NCBI GenBank assembly: GCA_963821645.1
Contig: CAWGEQ010000051.1
Span: 17,282-81,281 of the forward strand
Length of the DNA stretch: 64,000 nt
DNA from: an uncultured delta proteobacterium
Lineage (GTDB): Bacteria; Desulfobacterota; RBG-13-43-22
Direction: 5' to 3'
The position numbers were made by a program, and so were the translations under genes. The notes below the pieces were generated by a model, which did not search any database, was not told where the DNA came from, and saw only the letters and a list, made by a program, of their open reading frames with translations. Shown here piece by piece: positions 63,740 to 64,000 of the stretch; the stretch's first letter is position 1, and each line of letters opens with the position of its first letter.

Positions 63740-64000
63740 TTGCCACGTTCGCGCGCGGGTCCACCGCCGGGATGTCCTCTCCCGGGGGCGGGTCTGTTGC
63801 CTACGGGCCCGGGACCTGCGGATCTTGGCCCGGACAGACTTTCATGGCCTCGCTGGCTGTCCCTTCGCGTTTGACCGCCCGGGGCAATGCCGCCAAAGGC
63901 CGTAGGACTTTGCAGGCCTTGGACTCCCTGATGTCCAGGGACGGGCATTTGCCTTTGCATCTCCGGCCTGACCGGCATAGGTTTGGCTGCAACCGGCGGT
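63736..64000 (-). CDS. Partial ORF with a Gly/Pro/Arg-rich C-terminus; possibly the DUF3300-type partner often found upstream of DUF2950
   Basis: I can see only a low-complexity tail (..GRGHPGGGPARERGK*). The frame is uncertain and the ORF runs off the window. Confidence 0.2.
   Translation of the reverse strand, partial: PPVAAKPMPVRPEMQRQMPVPGHQGVQGLQSPTAFGGIAPGGQTRRDSQRGHESLSGPRSAGPGPVGNRPAPGRGHPGGGPARERGK

Overview
This 64-kb window looks like it comes from a Gram-negative, probably anaerobic bacterium with about 50% GC. Multihaem cytochromes, a NapH-type polyferredoxin, TRAP transporters and likely selenocysteine use fit a Desulfobacterota- or Nitrospirota-like organism, but I cannot fix the taxonomy by eye.

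Layout:
- 1-4.6 kb: cell-surface/glycosylation accessory region. It holds a PqqD-like/GT10 fusion with an in-frame TGA, two small ORFs, a complete IS element, a GT2 and an RmlC-like cupin.
- 4.7-7.3 kb: a Tat-exported DUF362 protein plus a NapH/NapG-like fused polyferredoxin.
- 7.3-15.2 kb (minus strand): the conserved cluster rpsB-tsf-pyrH-frr-uppS-cdsA-dxr-rseP, followed by tsaB.
- 15.3-21.7 kb: ogt, a TIGR01212 radical SAM protein, an M24 peptidase, a CoA-disulfide-reductase-like/rhodanese protein and adenine deaminase.
- 21.8-22.3 kb: a C_GCAxxG_C_C family gene whose first conserved Cys codon is TGA, making it a selenoprotein candidate.
- 22.6-26.8 kb: two paralogous membrane-anchored multihaem c-type cytochromes, with 11 and 10 CxxCH motifs. 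They sit directly beside a type II secretion (gsp) locus at 27.6-39.8 kb.
- 39.8-64 kb: a GC-rich amidase, tatA, a DedA protein, a Rieske/cytochrome b module, two TRAP transporter operons, secDF, a ZraP/Spy-like protein with a sensor kinase, glgA, a PaaK-family ligase, IclR and Rrf2 regulators, a receiver domain and a DUF2950 protein.

Two window-wide features stand out. First, a large family of imperfect hairpin elements has arms built from 7-nt periodic units. They sit at gene boundaries, supply start and stop codons and terminal residues to ORFs, flank two cargo segments, and appear to interrupt one kinase gene. Second, at least 17 frame disruptions occur, all downstream of 30.9 kb, and every one is compatible with a single-base insertion. 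Sequencing or assembly error is as likely as real gene decay.

No rRNA, tRNA or CRISPR array was recognised.
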